Positions 35,399-47,298 of a DNA stretch of 64,000 bases are shown piece by piece. The number at the start of each line of letters is the position of its first letter. The first letter of the stretch is position 1. The translations under genes and the position numbers were made by a program. The stretch lies in assembly GCA_034226945.1 (NCBI GenBank), contig CP120462.1, positions 1 through 64,000 on the forward strand. Direction: 5' to 3'. The notes under the pieces are model-generated. The model had not been told where the DNA came from. It made no database searches and saw only the letters and a program-made list of their open reading frames with translations. The stretch comes from Picochlorum sp. SENEW3 (lineage: Eukaryota).

Positions 35399-38071
35399 TT
35401 ATTGTTCTGGACCAGAGGATGCTTGCTCAGCCTCTTGCTTTGCTCTCTCCTCTGCTTCCCGCTTTTTCCTTGCTATCGTAGCTTTTCTCTTCTCTGCTGC
35501 AGCCTTATACTTGGCCTTCCTTTCCTCCTCTGTCAAAGTTCTCTTCGCACTCTTTTTGGGAGCTCTCGACTTGACGCTCTGTAATTCTTTCAGTTTTTCC
35601 ATGGCTGCTTCGTATTCCGAACGGAGGTCCACCAGTTGAGATTGGACATCAGAACGGGCCCTCTCCTCAGCATCTGCAATGGCTTTCAGCTGTCCTTGCA
35701 TGTCTTCTAGAGAGGCCTCCGCATCAGAGCGGGCCAACCTTTCTGACTCTAATTCTTTTTGGGCCGAGACTGCAATTGCTTGAGATTCTTGCATGTCTTC
35801 TTGCAGCATCCTGATGACATTTTCCAGCTTGTCAATAGCAGCGATTGCATCTTCCTTGGAGGCCTGGGCACTAGTTGCATTCTTCTCTGCCTCAGCAAGA
35901 CGGCTCTCTACCTCGGCCAATTTCTGCTTATTTTGGTCTTCCACCTGCATTAAATTCGATCCGAGGACTTTATTTCTCGTCTCCAGGTCTGAGATGGTCT
36001 TTCGAAGGTCTGCTGCCTCTCGGCGAAGGGCAGCCACTGTGTTCTGCTCGGCTTCCACCCTCTCAGACATTGTGTTGTAATCTTCTTTCAACGATTCCAT
36101 GGCTCCAAAAATTTGTTCCCCTACACAAATTTATACAAATGAGTGGTAAATTTGAAAGAGATCATGAAGACAAAAAAGACGTACTCTCATCCCTTTCTGC
36201 AACCAAGGTGGACGAAACCTGGGAAAGTTCTGAATGCAGAGCTGCCAGTTCTGAACGCAATGAAACATTTTCACTTCGTGCAGCACTGGAAGAATCTTTC
36301 TCCTCACTAAGAGATTTTTCAAGTTCAGATGCTTTGTTTGTGAGATTTTGAATTTCTGCCTCCATAGTGGACATCTTCTCTTGGGCTTGTTTCAGCTGCT
36401 CTTTCGTCTGATTCGCTTCGTCATTTGCCCTCTGAATTGCAATCTTTGCAGCGTCAATCTCGGACTGCAATGAAGCAATCATCGCCTGCTCGTCGGCGAT
36501 TCTATCACGGAAGGAATCTGCTTCTGCCTGATGGCGTTCTCTTTCCCTTTGAGCTTCTTCTGCAGCAGCTTGCGCTGCCAAGGCTCTCTCCGTGGCCTGC
36601 GCTCTCATGACGGACATTGCTTCTTGCATGGAAAGAGCATCTTTTCCAATGCGTTCGATCAAGTCGTTTTGGGAAGCATTCACTGCATCCGCATTGGCAA
36701 TTTGCTCCTGGAGAGCTTTTGCTGCCTCATTCAACTCCTCAATCCTTGTTTGGCGGGCCTCCAAATCCTCTCCAAGCTCTTCATTCTCTCTTTGAAGGTC
36801 ATTGTTACGGCTTTGTGCCTCTGAAAGCCTCTTGTTTGCCGTCTGTGTGTCAGCAATCCATTTCTCAACCTGTTTCTGCTCCTCTGCCAATGCACTCTGT
36901 ACCTGGCTCAACTGATCTTTCAACTGTTTTGCCTCCGCATCAGCAGCAAATTTAGCAGCTTTCTCAGCCTCTAACAGCTCTTGTGTTCTCTCAGCCTCCA
37001 CTCTCAAAGCTTCTGCCAATCTCTGCTCAGCAGACAAGGACTGTTCAACCAGTCTGCGCTCCTGGCCAATGGCCTCTTTTGCTGCCTTTTCCAGGCTGAG
37101 CTGCCTTGCGTATTCGGCAGAAGCTGTCGATGATTCTCTCTTGATCTTTTCCACCATGTTTCTCTCATCCTCCACGAGTTTTTGAATTTGCTCCAACTCC
37201 TTTTCCAGACCTGAGATCATGCTCTTCTCTGCCTTGATCTTGTCATCATACTCCTGCTGTGCCACCTCAGCGTCTTTCTTTTGCAGCGTAAGAAATCCTC
37301 CAAGAATTGAAGCAGCTACAATTCCAAAAATATTCAATACAGGTAGGGCTGCACTGGTCCCTTCGGTCTCTCCAGGAGCCTTGTCCGTGACTGCAGCCTG
37401 CTGCTGTGCTGAGGGCTCCACCCTCTTTGCGCCGGATGATTCCAATTGGGCCTTTAGCCTCTTGATTTCTTCATTTTCTCTGCGCAGCTCCTGAATCAGC
37501 TCTCTGTTGCCTCCTGTGATCTTTGGCTCAGCTGGAGCCTGGTTTGGAGAAGACTGGAGTGCAGGCAACCTGGCTCCGCGCTTCTCCAATATACTCTGAA
37601 ATTCAGCCTCCGTTCCACGTCTCTCCGCCGTGAGACTAGCTTCTGCTGGCCCAGAGAAACCAAAGAAATGCACCATCTGCACATGACAAACCCAAGCAGG
37701 TATCAACAAAAGATGGAGGAATGCCAAACACTTCAAGGCTTCAATGCCTAGTGCCCCTCCCAGCGCACGACATCTATACTACGTACCGAGAAGAAAGACA
37801 CTGACAGCGCTGCACCCGCCAAGGTATCGAGGAACCTGGGGTGCCCGGCCGTGCCCAACTCCTCTTCCACCTCAGTTTGAAACCTCTCTGATTTCACACG
37901 GCATGCAATGTGCCTCAACACGCTCGATCTTACGCCTGAGATCTGATGATAAGATTCGTTGATGACGTGTGAAGAAGATCTCTGGCCACAGCAAGCACGA
38001 GCCCTTGTCCGTGGGACCGAGAGTGTCGGTTTGCCGCGCCGCACGTGTACTCCTCCAATACTTGCATACAT
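35399..38071 (-). CDS. Long coiled-coil protein with transit peptide and TM helix, MFP1-like (3 exons)
   Basis: Transit-like exon, hydrophobic segments (LAGAALSVSFFS; VLNIFGIVAASILGGFLTL) and an extended heptad-rich region. Introns at ~36121-36185 and ~37677-37785. Confidence 0.65.
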
Positions 38072-38480
38072 GTCTTCGATGTACACCTAAAACTCTAATT
38101 CACTCTTCAATTATGCAATTTACTTTCAGAATGTGGTTGTCTGCGACAATCCTGCGTACCACATCCTGATAGACCGGCTCGTTGTTGATGGGTCTGAGGC
38201 CCATCCAATCCATCTTGTGATGGGCAAGGTTGACAGACCTCAGGAGTGCATGAGGCTTTCGAATCGGTCGCATGGATACACCGATCAAAGTACGAGCCAT
38301 CTCAAGCGACACATGCATTGAGTTTTGTTTACTTACAACTGCGGATATAGTGCAGGTTCTGAGGTCATGCTTTCTGAACAGAGTCAGTAGGAGGCAATGA
38401 GGTCTTGTAGAAGAGACTGATTTCAACGCCACCTTGGGTAACTGGCGGAAGATCGGTTCTTTACTGTGATAAAAAATAAG

Positions 38481-39746
38481 ATGGTCGAGCGAAAGAAAAG
38501 AGTCGCGTACATGTATGATGCCGACATAGGCTCATTTTACTATGGTCCAGGGCACCCAATGAAACCACACAGGGTGAGAATGGCGCACTCACTGATCATG
38601 CATTCGGGGATCTATGACAAACTCGATTGCTATATGCCTTCACGTGCGCAAAAGGAGGACATGATGGCGTTTCACGACGCCGACTATGTCGATCTGCTCA
38701 GCAACACCAACCCTGCCTTGGCGCAGCAGTTGAGGATGTACAACATGCACGACGATTGCCCTGTTTTTGAAGGCTTATGGGAGTATAATCAGGTAGCAGC
38801 AGGGGGTACTCTGGGTTGTGCCGTCAAATTAAACAAAGGGGAGGCTGATATTGCAATCAATTGGGCTGGAGGATTGCATCATGCAAAGAAAGCTGAATCT
38901 GCGGGCTTCTGTTACGTGAATGATATCGTGCTCGGAATTTTAGAGCTTTTGAAGTATCATCAGAGGGTTCTATATATTGATATCGATGTTCATCATGGGG
39001 ATGGTGTGGAAGAGGCTTTTCTGACAACTGATCGTGTGTTGACCCTCTCTTTTCACAAGTGTGGGGATATGTTCTTTCCTGGGACTGGAGACATCGTCAA
39101 CGTTGGGCATGGGCCTGGAAAATATTACTCCGTCAATGTTCCATTGAAGGATGGAGCGAGTGATACTTCCTACGAGCTCATGTTCAAACCAATAGTGAAC
39201 AGAATCATGCAGGTGTATCAACCAGAAGTGGTGGTGTTTCAAGCCGGCGCTGATTCCTTGGCGCATGACCGTCTGGGAAAGTTCAACCTGTCTTCAAAGG
39301 GACACGCATCGTGCATCGAGCATATGAAGCAATTCAATGTGCCCTTATTGTTGCTGGGTGGAGGAGGATACACGATAAAGAATGTTGCCCGATGCTGGGC
39401 ATTTGAGACAGCAGTGTCAGTTGGGGATGATATTGGAGCTCAAACGCCTCTCAGTGATTACTACGAATATTTTGCACCCGCTTACAAAAGCGAGGTCGTC
39501 TGTGACCCTTCTGTAAAGGATCAGAACGATGAGGCCTACAGGAGCAAGATCTTGGAAAAGGTGATGCACCACTTGTCATATGTGCAACATTCGCCAAGTG
39601 CAGCATTTCATGAGCGCCCACCTGATACTCCCGATGCGACAATGGCGTTACCATCCGTTGAAGATGGCCATGAAGTCGTGATGGGTGTCAGCAGACCTCC
39701 TCAGCAGATGTGGAAATCACCGAATTACAGTAGAAATTTTATTTAG
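38481..39746 (+). CDS. Class I (RPD3-type) histone deacetylase
   Basis: YYGPGHPMKPHR, GGLHHAKK..GFCYVND, DIDVHHGDGVEEAF and GGGGYT. Confidence 0.96.
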   Translation: MVERKKRVAYMYDADIGSFYYGPGHPMKPHRVRMAHSLIMHSGIYDKLDCYMPSRAQKEDMMAFHDADYVDLLSNTNPALAQQLRMYNMHDDCPVFEGLWEYNQVAAGGTLGCAVKLNKGEADIAINWAGGLHHAKKAESAGFCYVNDIVLGILELLKYHQRVLYIDIDVHHGDGVEEAFLTTDRVLTLSFHKCGDMFFPGTGDIVNVGHGPGKYYSVNVPLKDGASDTSYELMFKPIVNRIMQVYQPEVVVFQAGADSLAHDRLGKFNLSSKGHASCIEHMKQFNVPLLLLGGGGYTIKNVARCWAFETAVSVGDDIGAQTPLSDYYEYFAPAYKSEVVCDPSVKDQNDEAYRSKILEKVMHHLSYVQHSPSAAFHERPPDTPDATMALPSVEDGHEVVMGVSRPPQQMWKSPNYSRNFI

Positions 39747-41133
39747 ATGTATTTTTTCTTCCAAAGCTTAGTGCCATGCCGCAATCCTTCTGAAATAATG
39801 TAGTGCGACCCTCACGAATTTCTTTTCCGTTTCCGTTTGTCAATGCCAATGCCCTCCGGAGGGAGTCATCAGGGGGAAGTTCTGGCACAAGCTTCTTTGA
39901 TACCATCATGGAGCACATATTCGATACTTCTTCCAACGAGAACCGGGGAACTCTAATAATACGAGATTCTGAGTGGATTGGAACATGCACACGAGGAGAT
40001 ATTGGGCCACCATGTGTGCATGCAGTGGCAACGATGCCTGCTTCCCTGTCCTGCTCACTGAGCATGAATGCAGAGGCAAGTTTCAGCTCACGAGGTTCGA
40101 TCCGCCTCCGATGAAACTGATGCATAGTTTCATGATATTCTGTTCTATGATATAAATAATTATATTCGTCCACGATGACGAGGGTGCGAATGCCATGTTC
40201 CCCATCTGCCCTAAGCAGCCCGCGCATCACCTCTATGGCAGCATCAACCCTTTCAAAGTCATCCTTTGTCTCCAGTCCATGCCGACAAACGTCACCCAGA
40301 GATCTCCTCCCATCCAATGAAGATAATATTTCCAAAGATTCGGCATGGGGCTCAAATACTGCTCGGAGGATGTGATGGGCAGCCTGCGGCGTGTACCACA
40401 CCGCCTCATCCTCGTCCTTTCTCTTGAACATTCCACCCTGCACCAGCAAGGACGCAGAAGGGACAAACATAACCACCCATCCTTTCTCACGAGCCAATGC
40501 AGCCAAGGAATACAGTGCGACGGTCTTGCCCGAGCCCTTCCAGCCATCTAGCACAATGTCAACCCGTGACCCTTTGTTTCCTTCATCTAGAGCAGCACTA
40601 TACAGTTCATCCAGGCATGGCCTGTACATACACATATGCTGACCCGTTGCATTGAATTCTTGCATTGCTCCTTTGCATCCATAGTCGAACTGTCGAATAT
40701 TAGCCCTCGTCAACTCGGGATGATGGTAAAAGGAGGCAGTGGCCTCTGCCACCACGTTCCCTGCCCTCTTCGGCAGGTCAACGTACAGACCAAACGTGTC
40801 TTCTTTGTTCCTCGAATCCACAGCCTCTTTTAAACTCATTCCGGCGTGCCAGTTGTCCTTGAATGTAATGGGATCCCTCACAGTCACAATCCCTTCCGGT
40901 GGTACATCTGACATGCGCTCATACCGCCCTTCTCCCGACACCGAAGGATCCCAGGATGCCGACGACCATGCCCTCTTCCCAAAATCTTTTGAAACATATT
41001 CTCTTGACGGGTTGATTGTATACACAGACGACAAAATGCCATCGACTCCTGACACCTGAGTTGGCAGTTTTCCATACTCGACCAGGAGGCCTACTGTTCG
41101 ACCACACCTCAGGCTACCTCGCAAATGAGCCAT
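39739..41133 (-). CDS. DAP3: Mitochondrial ribosomal protein mS29 (DAP3)
   Basis: P-loop VLDGWKGSGKT, GWVVMFVP, Walker-B-like LVIVDEYN and LTNGNGKE. Confidence 0.85.
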   Translation of the reverse strand: MAHLRGSLRCGRTVGLLVEYGKLPTQVSGVDGILSSVYTINPSREYVSKDFGKRAWSSASWDPSVSGEGRYERMSDVPPEGIVTVRDPITFKDNWHAGMSLKEAVDSRNKEDTFGLYVDLPKRAGNVVAEATASFYHHPELTRANIRQFDYGCKGAMQEFNATGQHMCMYRPCLDELYSAALDEGNKGSRVDIVLDGWKGSGKTVALYSLAALAREKGWVVMFVPSASLLVQGGMFKRKDEDEAVWYTPQAAHHILRAVFEPHAESLEILSSLDGRRSLGDVCRHGLETKDDFERVDAAIEVMRGLLRADGEHGIRTLVIVDEYNYLYHRTEYHETMHQFHRRRIEPRELKLASAFMLSEQDREAGIVATACTHGGPISPRVHVPIHSESRIIRVPRFSLEEVSNMCSMMVSKKLVPELPPDDSLRRALALTNGNGKEIREGRTTLFQKDCGMALSFGRKNTSK

Positions 41134-41343
41134 CCTGATGATGAATTTTGATATATATCATGTGTATTGTGATATCAAGCGTAGCCATCCATCCATTGCT
41201 CATTGCAATTGCCTCCAAAGACAGGGCCGGTCGTGCCCTCCGTCTGATGGGAGTCTTATCGATCCGTGAAAGACACTGGACATCAAATCTGAACGTTTGT
41301 CCTCTGTCGCAGTACACCGTGTAAAATTTGAACGAATATTACT

Positions 41344-42294
41344 ATGACAGGGATATTATCTACCAAGCACCTGCACCATACGCCGGTGCTAGGAGTACCA
41401 CCACTTGTCGTTCACCAACCAGTGGGTATCTCGCGAAGTGCGACAGGAATGTTACCTAGGATGCATTGCAATGTACTTTATAGTCCAAAGTATTCAAACA
41501 AGACCCATGGTCATGGGTTCGCCGATGGGTTCTCTACGGTTGTGCGGTCCTCCTCCAAGGGAGACGAGGGAGGGAACGACTCTCAGGGTGGTTCGGGCCC
41601 TCCCTCTGTGGAACAGGGAATGAAGCTAGAAGAAGCATATGGCGTATTTGGTCTGTCAACGAACGCAAGCTATGACGATGTTCTTGAGAGGAAGGGGAAG
41701 CTGTTGGAGGAGTGCCAGGGTGACCAGGAGAGGGCCATGGTGGTTGAAATAGCATACGATGTCATATTTAGCTCCCAGCTCAAAGCACGTCTATCCGGGG
41801 ATTTGAATGTTAGCACGAGCGTCAGATTTGCGGACGTCAAGCCTAAGGCAAAGAGCACAGGTTTTGCCAACAAGCTGCAGGAGAAGGTGAACATTCCAAA
41901 GGTGCCTGACGGGCTCATCACCGTGACGTTGCTGGATAGACAGGAGGATCTTTTGATCATATCAGGCATATTTGCCACTCTTGGCGTGTGGTCTGTCGCC
42001 CAAGGAATGGCCATGGGGGTTCAGGGGTCCGCCTCGGGCGATATTCCAAGCCTTCAAATTGCAATCGGGCTTGCTGCTGCGATATATTTTCAGCGAGAGA
42101 AGAAGCGAAGCACTCTTCAGAAGTCTGTAATTTTAGCGACAATTGGCTTGATCGTAGGGACACTGTCGGGTGCCATGCTGGAAAGTTGGCTGAGGGTGGA
42201 TGTATTGCCCATCTTTGGGATGAGCTCTCCTGGAACGGTCGTGGGAGAATTTAGTCTATTGGGACTGTACTTGACCCTTTGCTTGCTCGCCTAG
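41344..42294 (+). CDS. Chaperone-like protein of POR1 (CPP1/CDF1, DUF3353)
   Basis: J-like segment (AYGVFGLSTNASYDDV, VEIAYDVI..LKARLSG, VRFAD) followed by C-terminal TM helices. Confidence 0.85.
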   Translation: MTGILSTKHLHHTPVLGVPPLVVHQPVGISRSATGMLPRMHCNVLYSPKYSNKTHGHGFADGFSTVVRSSSKGDEGGNDSQGGSGPPSVEQGMKLEEAYGVFGLSTNASYDDVLERKGKLLEECQGDQERAMVVEIAYDVIFSSQLKARLSGDLNVSTSVRFADVKPKAKSTGFANKLQEKVNIPKVPDGLITVTLLDRQEDLLIISGIFATLGVWSVAQGMAMGVQGSASGDIPSLQIAIGLAAAIYFQREKKRSTLQKSVILATIGLIVGTLSGAMLESWLRVDVLPIFGMSSPGTVVGEFSLLGLYLTLCLLA

Positions 42295-42428
42295 GAATAC
42301 ATAATTTTAATTTAAACACACACACATTGATCGAGCGTCTATTGTGAGCAAGCAAAAAATGCTTCGACTTTCAGCCTGAAGGAATCGACTCATGACAGAA
42401 GTGCACAATAGCTAGAACTGAAGATACT

Positions 42429-44444
42429 ATGGGAATGAATACTTTCATGGGAGTTGATCTGGATGATCGGCGCAGCATTCTGTGGCTGTTGAGCGGCGCA
42501 GGGGTTGTTTCTGCGTACTGCACCTACAGATGGCTGAGAAAGCCCGCGGAGAAAAAGGGTCCTCCGGTGGATTTTGAATCGTATTTGAAAGTTCCCACCG
42601 AGAATCCTAGTCTGGCTGCTGCCAAGAGGGTCGCGGGGAAGAGGCCTGCTCCAACAGACTTTGAGTCCTATCTAAAGGTTCCTGATCCGCAGAGCGTGAC
42701 GGAAAAGTTTAGCTCTCATGAGACGTCTGATGATGAGGTTGCACCTCCGTCTCATCTCAAGCCTGTGGGGGTGCTGTACGGAACGGAGTTTGGTCTATCC
42801 CGGGAAGTGTGCGAGAAGCTGTGTGACACGCTCAAGGGCACTGGGGAATACTGGCCTCTGTTGATGAGCATGGACGATTACCCACAGGGCATGGATCTAA
42901 ACAATTTTCAAGCTCTATTTATTGCCTGTTCAACGCAAGGAGAAGGCGTTCCGCCCACAGATTCAAGACCTTTTTGTTCTTGGTTACACGGGCCAGATGC
43001 TGGAGCCATCTCAAACATGAGGTTCAGTGTTTGTGCGCTCGGTGATACATCGTACACTCACTTTGCGCAGTGTGGAAAGGACATTGATGCTCGCCTGGAG
43101 AGCTTGGGGGCAACCAGGGTGGTATCCAGGGTGGATGTCAATAAAGAGGACTGGATTGCCATTGATGGATGGATTAACAGTGTGGTTTCTGCCCTTGCGG
43201 GGATGGAACTGAAATCACTTGCCGAATCACAAGAGAGCATGAAATTTAAAAAGGCATCCGTGGACACTCAAGGGGACGTGACGTACTCGAAGTCCAAACC
43301 ATACCTTGCAGAAATCACAAGTGTGACAAGCCTGTGTTCCATCAGGGGGCAAGATGACAAGAACACCATCCGCGTTGACATAGATTTGGGAGACTCTGGT
43401 CTTCAATATTGTGTAGGAGATTCTTTGGGGGTGTGGCCACGGAATGATGAGAAGGCCGTTCAAGAAATCATCCAGTTCATGGGATGGGATGCGGATCAGA
43501 GCATGGCCATGCCTAGCTGGCATTATAAACTCCAAGGGGCGAGGTCAAAAGGCGAATCAGCATCATTGAAGGATTTATTGACTATTTGTTATGACATTAA
43601 AGCACCCAAACCAGATATTCTGGACATATTGGTGGAGGATGGGTCGGATGCAAGGGTTGCTGACCCGGCCACCAGAGCGAAATACCTGGGAGAGCGGCAC
43701 GTGATCGACATCCTACAAGATTTTCGTGCGAATGAAAACTCGAAACTAACAGATCCTGGTGTCTTGTTAAAGAATTTGAGGCAATTGGCGCCTCGCTTGT
43801 ATTCGATTTCGAGCTCTCCTCTTGCCAGTCCAAGCAGTGTCACTCTGACTGTTGCTGTAGTCGAGTATGAGCAACTTGATAAATCTCGGATCGGCGTGTG
43901 CTCGACGTATTTGGATCAGAGGGTATCGAAAGGAACAAAAGTTCCTGTCTATATGTACGAAAATCCAGACTTCAGACTGCCAGATGACGATTTGACACCA
44001 ATTATCATGGTGGGACCGGGTACAGGTGTTGCCCCATTCAGAGCATTCTTGCAACAGAGGATCCAATCCAATGCGACATGTGGTGAGAATATACTATTCT
44101 TTGGAAGTCGAAGAAGGGATCAGGATTTTTTGTATGGTGATGAATTGGCCCAGTGGCAGGAATCTGGCAAGTTGTCCCTCATCACAGCCTTTTCGAGAGA
44201 GCAGGATGAAAAAGTATACGTGCAGCACAGGCTGAGAGAGCACGGCGAGCTCGTTTGGATGACTCTTGAAAAAGGAGGACATTTTTACATTTGCGGAGAT
44301 GGGGAATACATGTCAAAGGCAGTGGAATCAGCTCTCCTTTCTGTGATTGAATCCCATCAGGGCAAAGGCATGGAAGATGCAGAAGAGTATGTGAAATCCT
44401 TGGTAGCTTCCAAGCGATTGCAGAAAGATGTCTGGATATCATAG
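42429..44444 (+). CDS. Diflavin (FMN/FAD/NADPH) oxidoreductase, CPR/CysJ-like, with N-terminal anchor
   Basis: VLYGTEFG, STQGEG, ALGDTSY, RLYSISSS, GVCSTYL, MVGPGTGVAPFRAF, FYICGD and KDVW. Confidence 0.92.
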   Translation: MGMNTFMGVDLDDRRSILWLLSGAGVVSAYCTYRWLRKPAEKKGPPVDFESYLKVPTENPSLAAAKRVAGKRPAPTDFESYLKVPDPQSVTEKFSSHETSDDEVAPPSHLKPVGVLYGTEFGLSREVCEKLCDTLKGTGEYWPLLMSMDDYPQGMDLNNFQALFIACSTQGEGVPPTDSRPFCSWLHGPDAGAISNMRFSVCALGDTSYTHFAQCGKDIDARLESLGATRVVSRVDVNKEDWIAIDGWINSVVSALAGMELKSLAESQESMKFKKASVDTQGDVTYSKSKPYLAEITSVTSLCSIRGQDDKNTIRVDIDLGDSGLQYCVGDSLGVWPRNDEKAVQEIIQFMGWDADQSMAMPSWHYKLQGARSKGESASLKDLLTICYDIKAPKPDILDILVEDGSDARVADPATRAKYLGERHVIDILQDFRANENSKLTDPGVLLKNLRQLAPRLYSISSSPLASPSSVTLTVAVVEYEQLDKSRIGVCSTYLDQRVSKGTKVPVYMYENPDFRLPDDDLTPIIMVGPGTGVAPFRAFLQQRIQSNATCGENILFFGSRRRDQDFLYGDELAQWQESGKLSLITAFSREQDEKVYVQHRLREHGELVWMTLEKGGHFYICGDGEYMSKAVESALLSVIESHQGKGMEDAEEYVKSLVASKRLQKDVWIS

Positions 44445-44479
44445 TCATTATTTCGTTGATGTTATAAATTATATTCAGA

Positions 44480-45082
44480 TCACTTTTTTCTCCTGAACGA
44501 ATCCAATACTTGAGGCAAATTTGCCTGGAACTCATTCCACCCGAGCAGCGACCCCTCTCTCGTGGGATCAAATGAAGCAGAGACGATCCCATACGAGATA
44601 CCCACCAAAGCCCCCCCGAAAACGCCAGTCTGAACAATATATACTGCCCACACAGGAAGATCTATCCCTTGGACCTTTTTAATGTAATAGAAAAGAGGGA
44701 ACAACAGCATCCCCAGAAGGAGTGGACCACCACTGAACAGGAGTATACGTCTCAGCATTCTATCCGTGATCTGCTCTGGAACGACCGCATCCGAATCGTC
44801 CTCCTCTGGTGCGTCACTCACAGAGGTTGCATACTTTCTCTCCATCTCCTCCCTGTATTTCTTCTCATCTTCCTGCAGTCGTTTCAGTTGCTCCTTTGGA
44901 CTGGGTCCTTTGGGGGCTTTCCGCCTTCCCTTTTTCTTCGCACTACTACTAGATCGTTTCTCATTCTCACTCCCAAATCCACTACGACACACGGTCTCAT
45001 ACCTAAAAGCTCTTCCAGAGGTGGGGCGTGCGAGCCCACGTGTTGCTAGTCCAGTCGAAGCATTCAAAGACGACCAAAGCAT
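44480..45082 (-). CDS. PAM68: Photosynthesis affected mutant 68 (DUF3464)
   Basis: VVPEQITDRMLRRI, two TM helices and GISYGIVSASFDPTREGSLLGWNEF. Confidence 0.92.
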   Translation of the reverse strand: MLWSSLNASTGLATRGLARPTSGRAFRYETVCRSGFGSENEKRSSSSAKKKGRRKAPKGPSPKEQLKRLQEDEKKYREEMERKYATSVSDAPEEDDSDAVVPEQITDRMLRRILLFSGGPLLLGMLLFPLFYYIKKVQGIDLPVWAVYIVQTGVFGGALVGISYGIVSASFDPTREGSLLGWNEFQANLPQVLDSFRRKK

Positions 45083-45327
45083 GATGATATCTTCAAATAA
45101 TCAGTGCATCCAGAGTCTTTACATGCATCGAAGGATCAATAGATTTGTTGCATTCTGGGAGACAATCCTTGGCTTGAGGCAAGATGGATGCAATCCTGAT
45201 GAGGCAAATAAGAGATCTTTAGAGATCGCGATCGGTGAGTGGTTGGAGAAGTACTACTACCACTCAGATGGGTCATGTCCACAATAATTTATTTGATCAA
45301 CTTTATCGTATCACAGTTTTGGTCACG

Positions 45328-46662
45328 ATGCGTCGATCTGCTCGTACATTGGTCGCCAGGGCTGCCAGAGCTCTGGAACTCCAGGGAGTGAACACTACCA
45401 CAACCAGCAGCAGTGCACAAGTGGCAGCACCCTTTGCGATATCGGCCAGATCGTTTGCCAACGACGCTGATTTATTGAAAACTCCATTGTACGACTTCCA
45501 CGTGGAGAATGGAGGTGGGTTCGGTGTCATTTGTCTTTGTCTGATATTCAGTCTTTTCTGACCGAGTCTGTTATCAACGATGTATGCAGGCAAAATGGTG
45601 CCCTTTGCTGGATGGTCGATGCCTATTCAGTACAAAGATAGTATCATGGAGGCGACGAATCATTGCAGGACGCACGCATCGTTGTTCGACGTGTCCCACA
45701 TGTGTGGACTGACTCTCAAGGGCAAGGACGCGATCAAGTTCTTGGAGGGACTCGTGGTCGGAGACATCAACGCTCTTGCTGATGGCACTGGTACGCTCTC
45801 GGTGTTCACCAATGAGAAGGGTGGAATCATTGATGACACTGTGGTCACAAAGGTGAATGGGAATGAGGTGTATTTGGTTGTGAACGCTGGGTGCAGAGAG
45901 AAGGATTTGGCCCATTTGAACAAGCATTTGCAAGCATTCACTGCCAAAGGTGGAGATGTTACAATGGATGTCCACGATGATAGGTCTTTGTTGGCTCTTC
46001 AGGGCCCTGAGGCAGCCGAGGTGCTGCAGCAGCATGTCAAGGAAGACCTGTCCAAGTTATACTTTGGCATGTTCACCAAGATTGACATTGCGGGGTCGCC
46101 GTGCTTCGTGACTCGTACTGGGTACACGGGAGAAGATGGATTCGAGTTATCCATCCCAAACGCTGACGCCGTCGCGCTCGCAAAGGCTCTGACGAGTGAC
46201 TCCCGTGTCCGCCTGGCTGGCCTCGGGCCAAGAGATTCTCTTCGCCTGGAGGCGGGTCTGTGCCTGTATGGCAATGATCTGAACGAAGATATTACACCAG
46301 TTGAAGCTGGTTTGACTTGGACCATTGCCAAATCTCGAAGGGACGCGTGTGACTTTTTGGGCGGAGACGTGATCAAGAAGCAGCTTGCTGATGGTGTCAA
46401 GCAGCGCCGCGTTGGATTTGTCTGCAAGGGAGCCCCAGCGAGGCAGCACTCCGACGTCATCACTCCCGAGGGCCAGAAAGTAGGAGAGATTACATCTGGT
46501 GCCTTCTCACCATGCCTCAAGAAGAATATCGCCATGGGATATGTTGACAAGCCTTTTGCCAAGGCGGGCACTGAGCTCAAGGTGGTTGTCCGAGGAAAAG
46601 CCTCTGATGCCGTGGTGACGAAAATGCCATTCGTCCCTGTGCACTACCATAAACCATCCTAA
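45328..46662 (+). CDS. GDCT: Glycine cleavage system T protein (aminomethyltransferase), intron ~45514-45589
   Basis: [39 protein letters not shown] and [16 protein letters not shown]. Confidence 0.97.
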
Positions 46663-46707
46663 ATCATATTTGATGAATGACACACGCATGTAAATGAATT
46701 GACGTTA

Positions 46708-47256
46708 TCACGCATCGTTCCTCCTTCTGTGTGTCAGCCTGGCAATGACATATCCAGTGATGAAAGAAACCCCTGCGCCGACTACAAATGCCCGTCGAAT
46801 GTCCTTCTCCACCTCCTTCAACTTCTCGTTTATAGGTTGCTTGACGCCATCCAAGAACGGATCCATGATTGGAGACAGCAGCGGTTCTACAGTCTTGAGT
46901 AGTTCGGCAGTGGACTCTGACACACCAAAAGGTGGCCCACTATTTTTGGCATCATCGTACGTAACAGTCACACTTTTTCCACTCACAAAACTAGATCGAA
47001 TAGCCTTCCCAATTGCTACCCCTCGTTCTCGGATGATTGGCTCCAGAACCCTTGCCTGCTTTCGATAGTCGTTCAAAAAATCTCGCTGGATCCGTCGCTC
47101 TAACAACAAAAGGCCCCGCTCATGCTCTCGGAAAGGACCGTGAAATCTCTCCGGAATGAATGATCGGATCGAATCAAAAATGCGTGTCGTCAAACTCGGT
47201 GGAAGCTTGCCGACATGCTGGTCAGATGTGTTCGTCTCCTCGCCCTTCTGAGACAT
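46708..47256 (-). CDS. Hypothetical protein with C-terminal TM helix
   Basis: 182-aa ATG ORF filling the intergenic gap. AFVVGAGVSFITGYVIA plus a basic tail suggests a tail anchor. Confidence 0.65.
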   Translation of the reverse strand: MSQKGEETNTSDQHVGKLPPSLTTRIFDSIRSFIPERFHGPFREHERGLLLLERRIQRDFLNDYRKQARVLEPIIRERGVAIGKAIRSSFVSGKSVTVTYDDAKNSGPPFGVSESTAELLKTVEPLLSPIMDPFLDGVKQPINEKLKEVEKDIRRAFVVGAGVSFITGYVIARLTHRRRNDA

Positions 47257-47298
47257 GGCATAAAATTTACTTGTAACTACTCTTACATCAAGAAATCA

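Noticed and set aside
38100..38432. 110-aa minus-strand ORF between the MFP1-like and HDAC genes
   Set aside because: Non-ATG start, no recognisable features, and it lies in a divergent promoter region.
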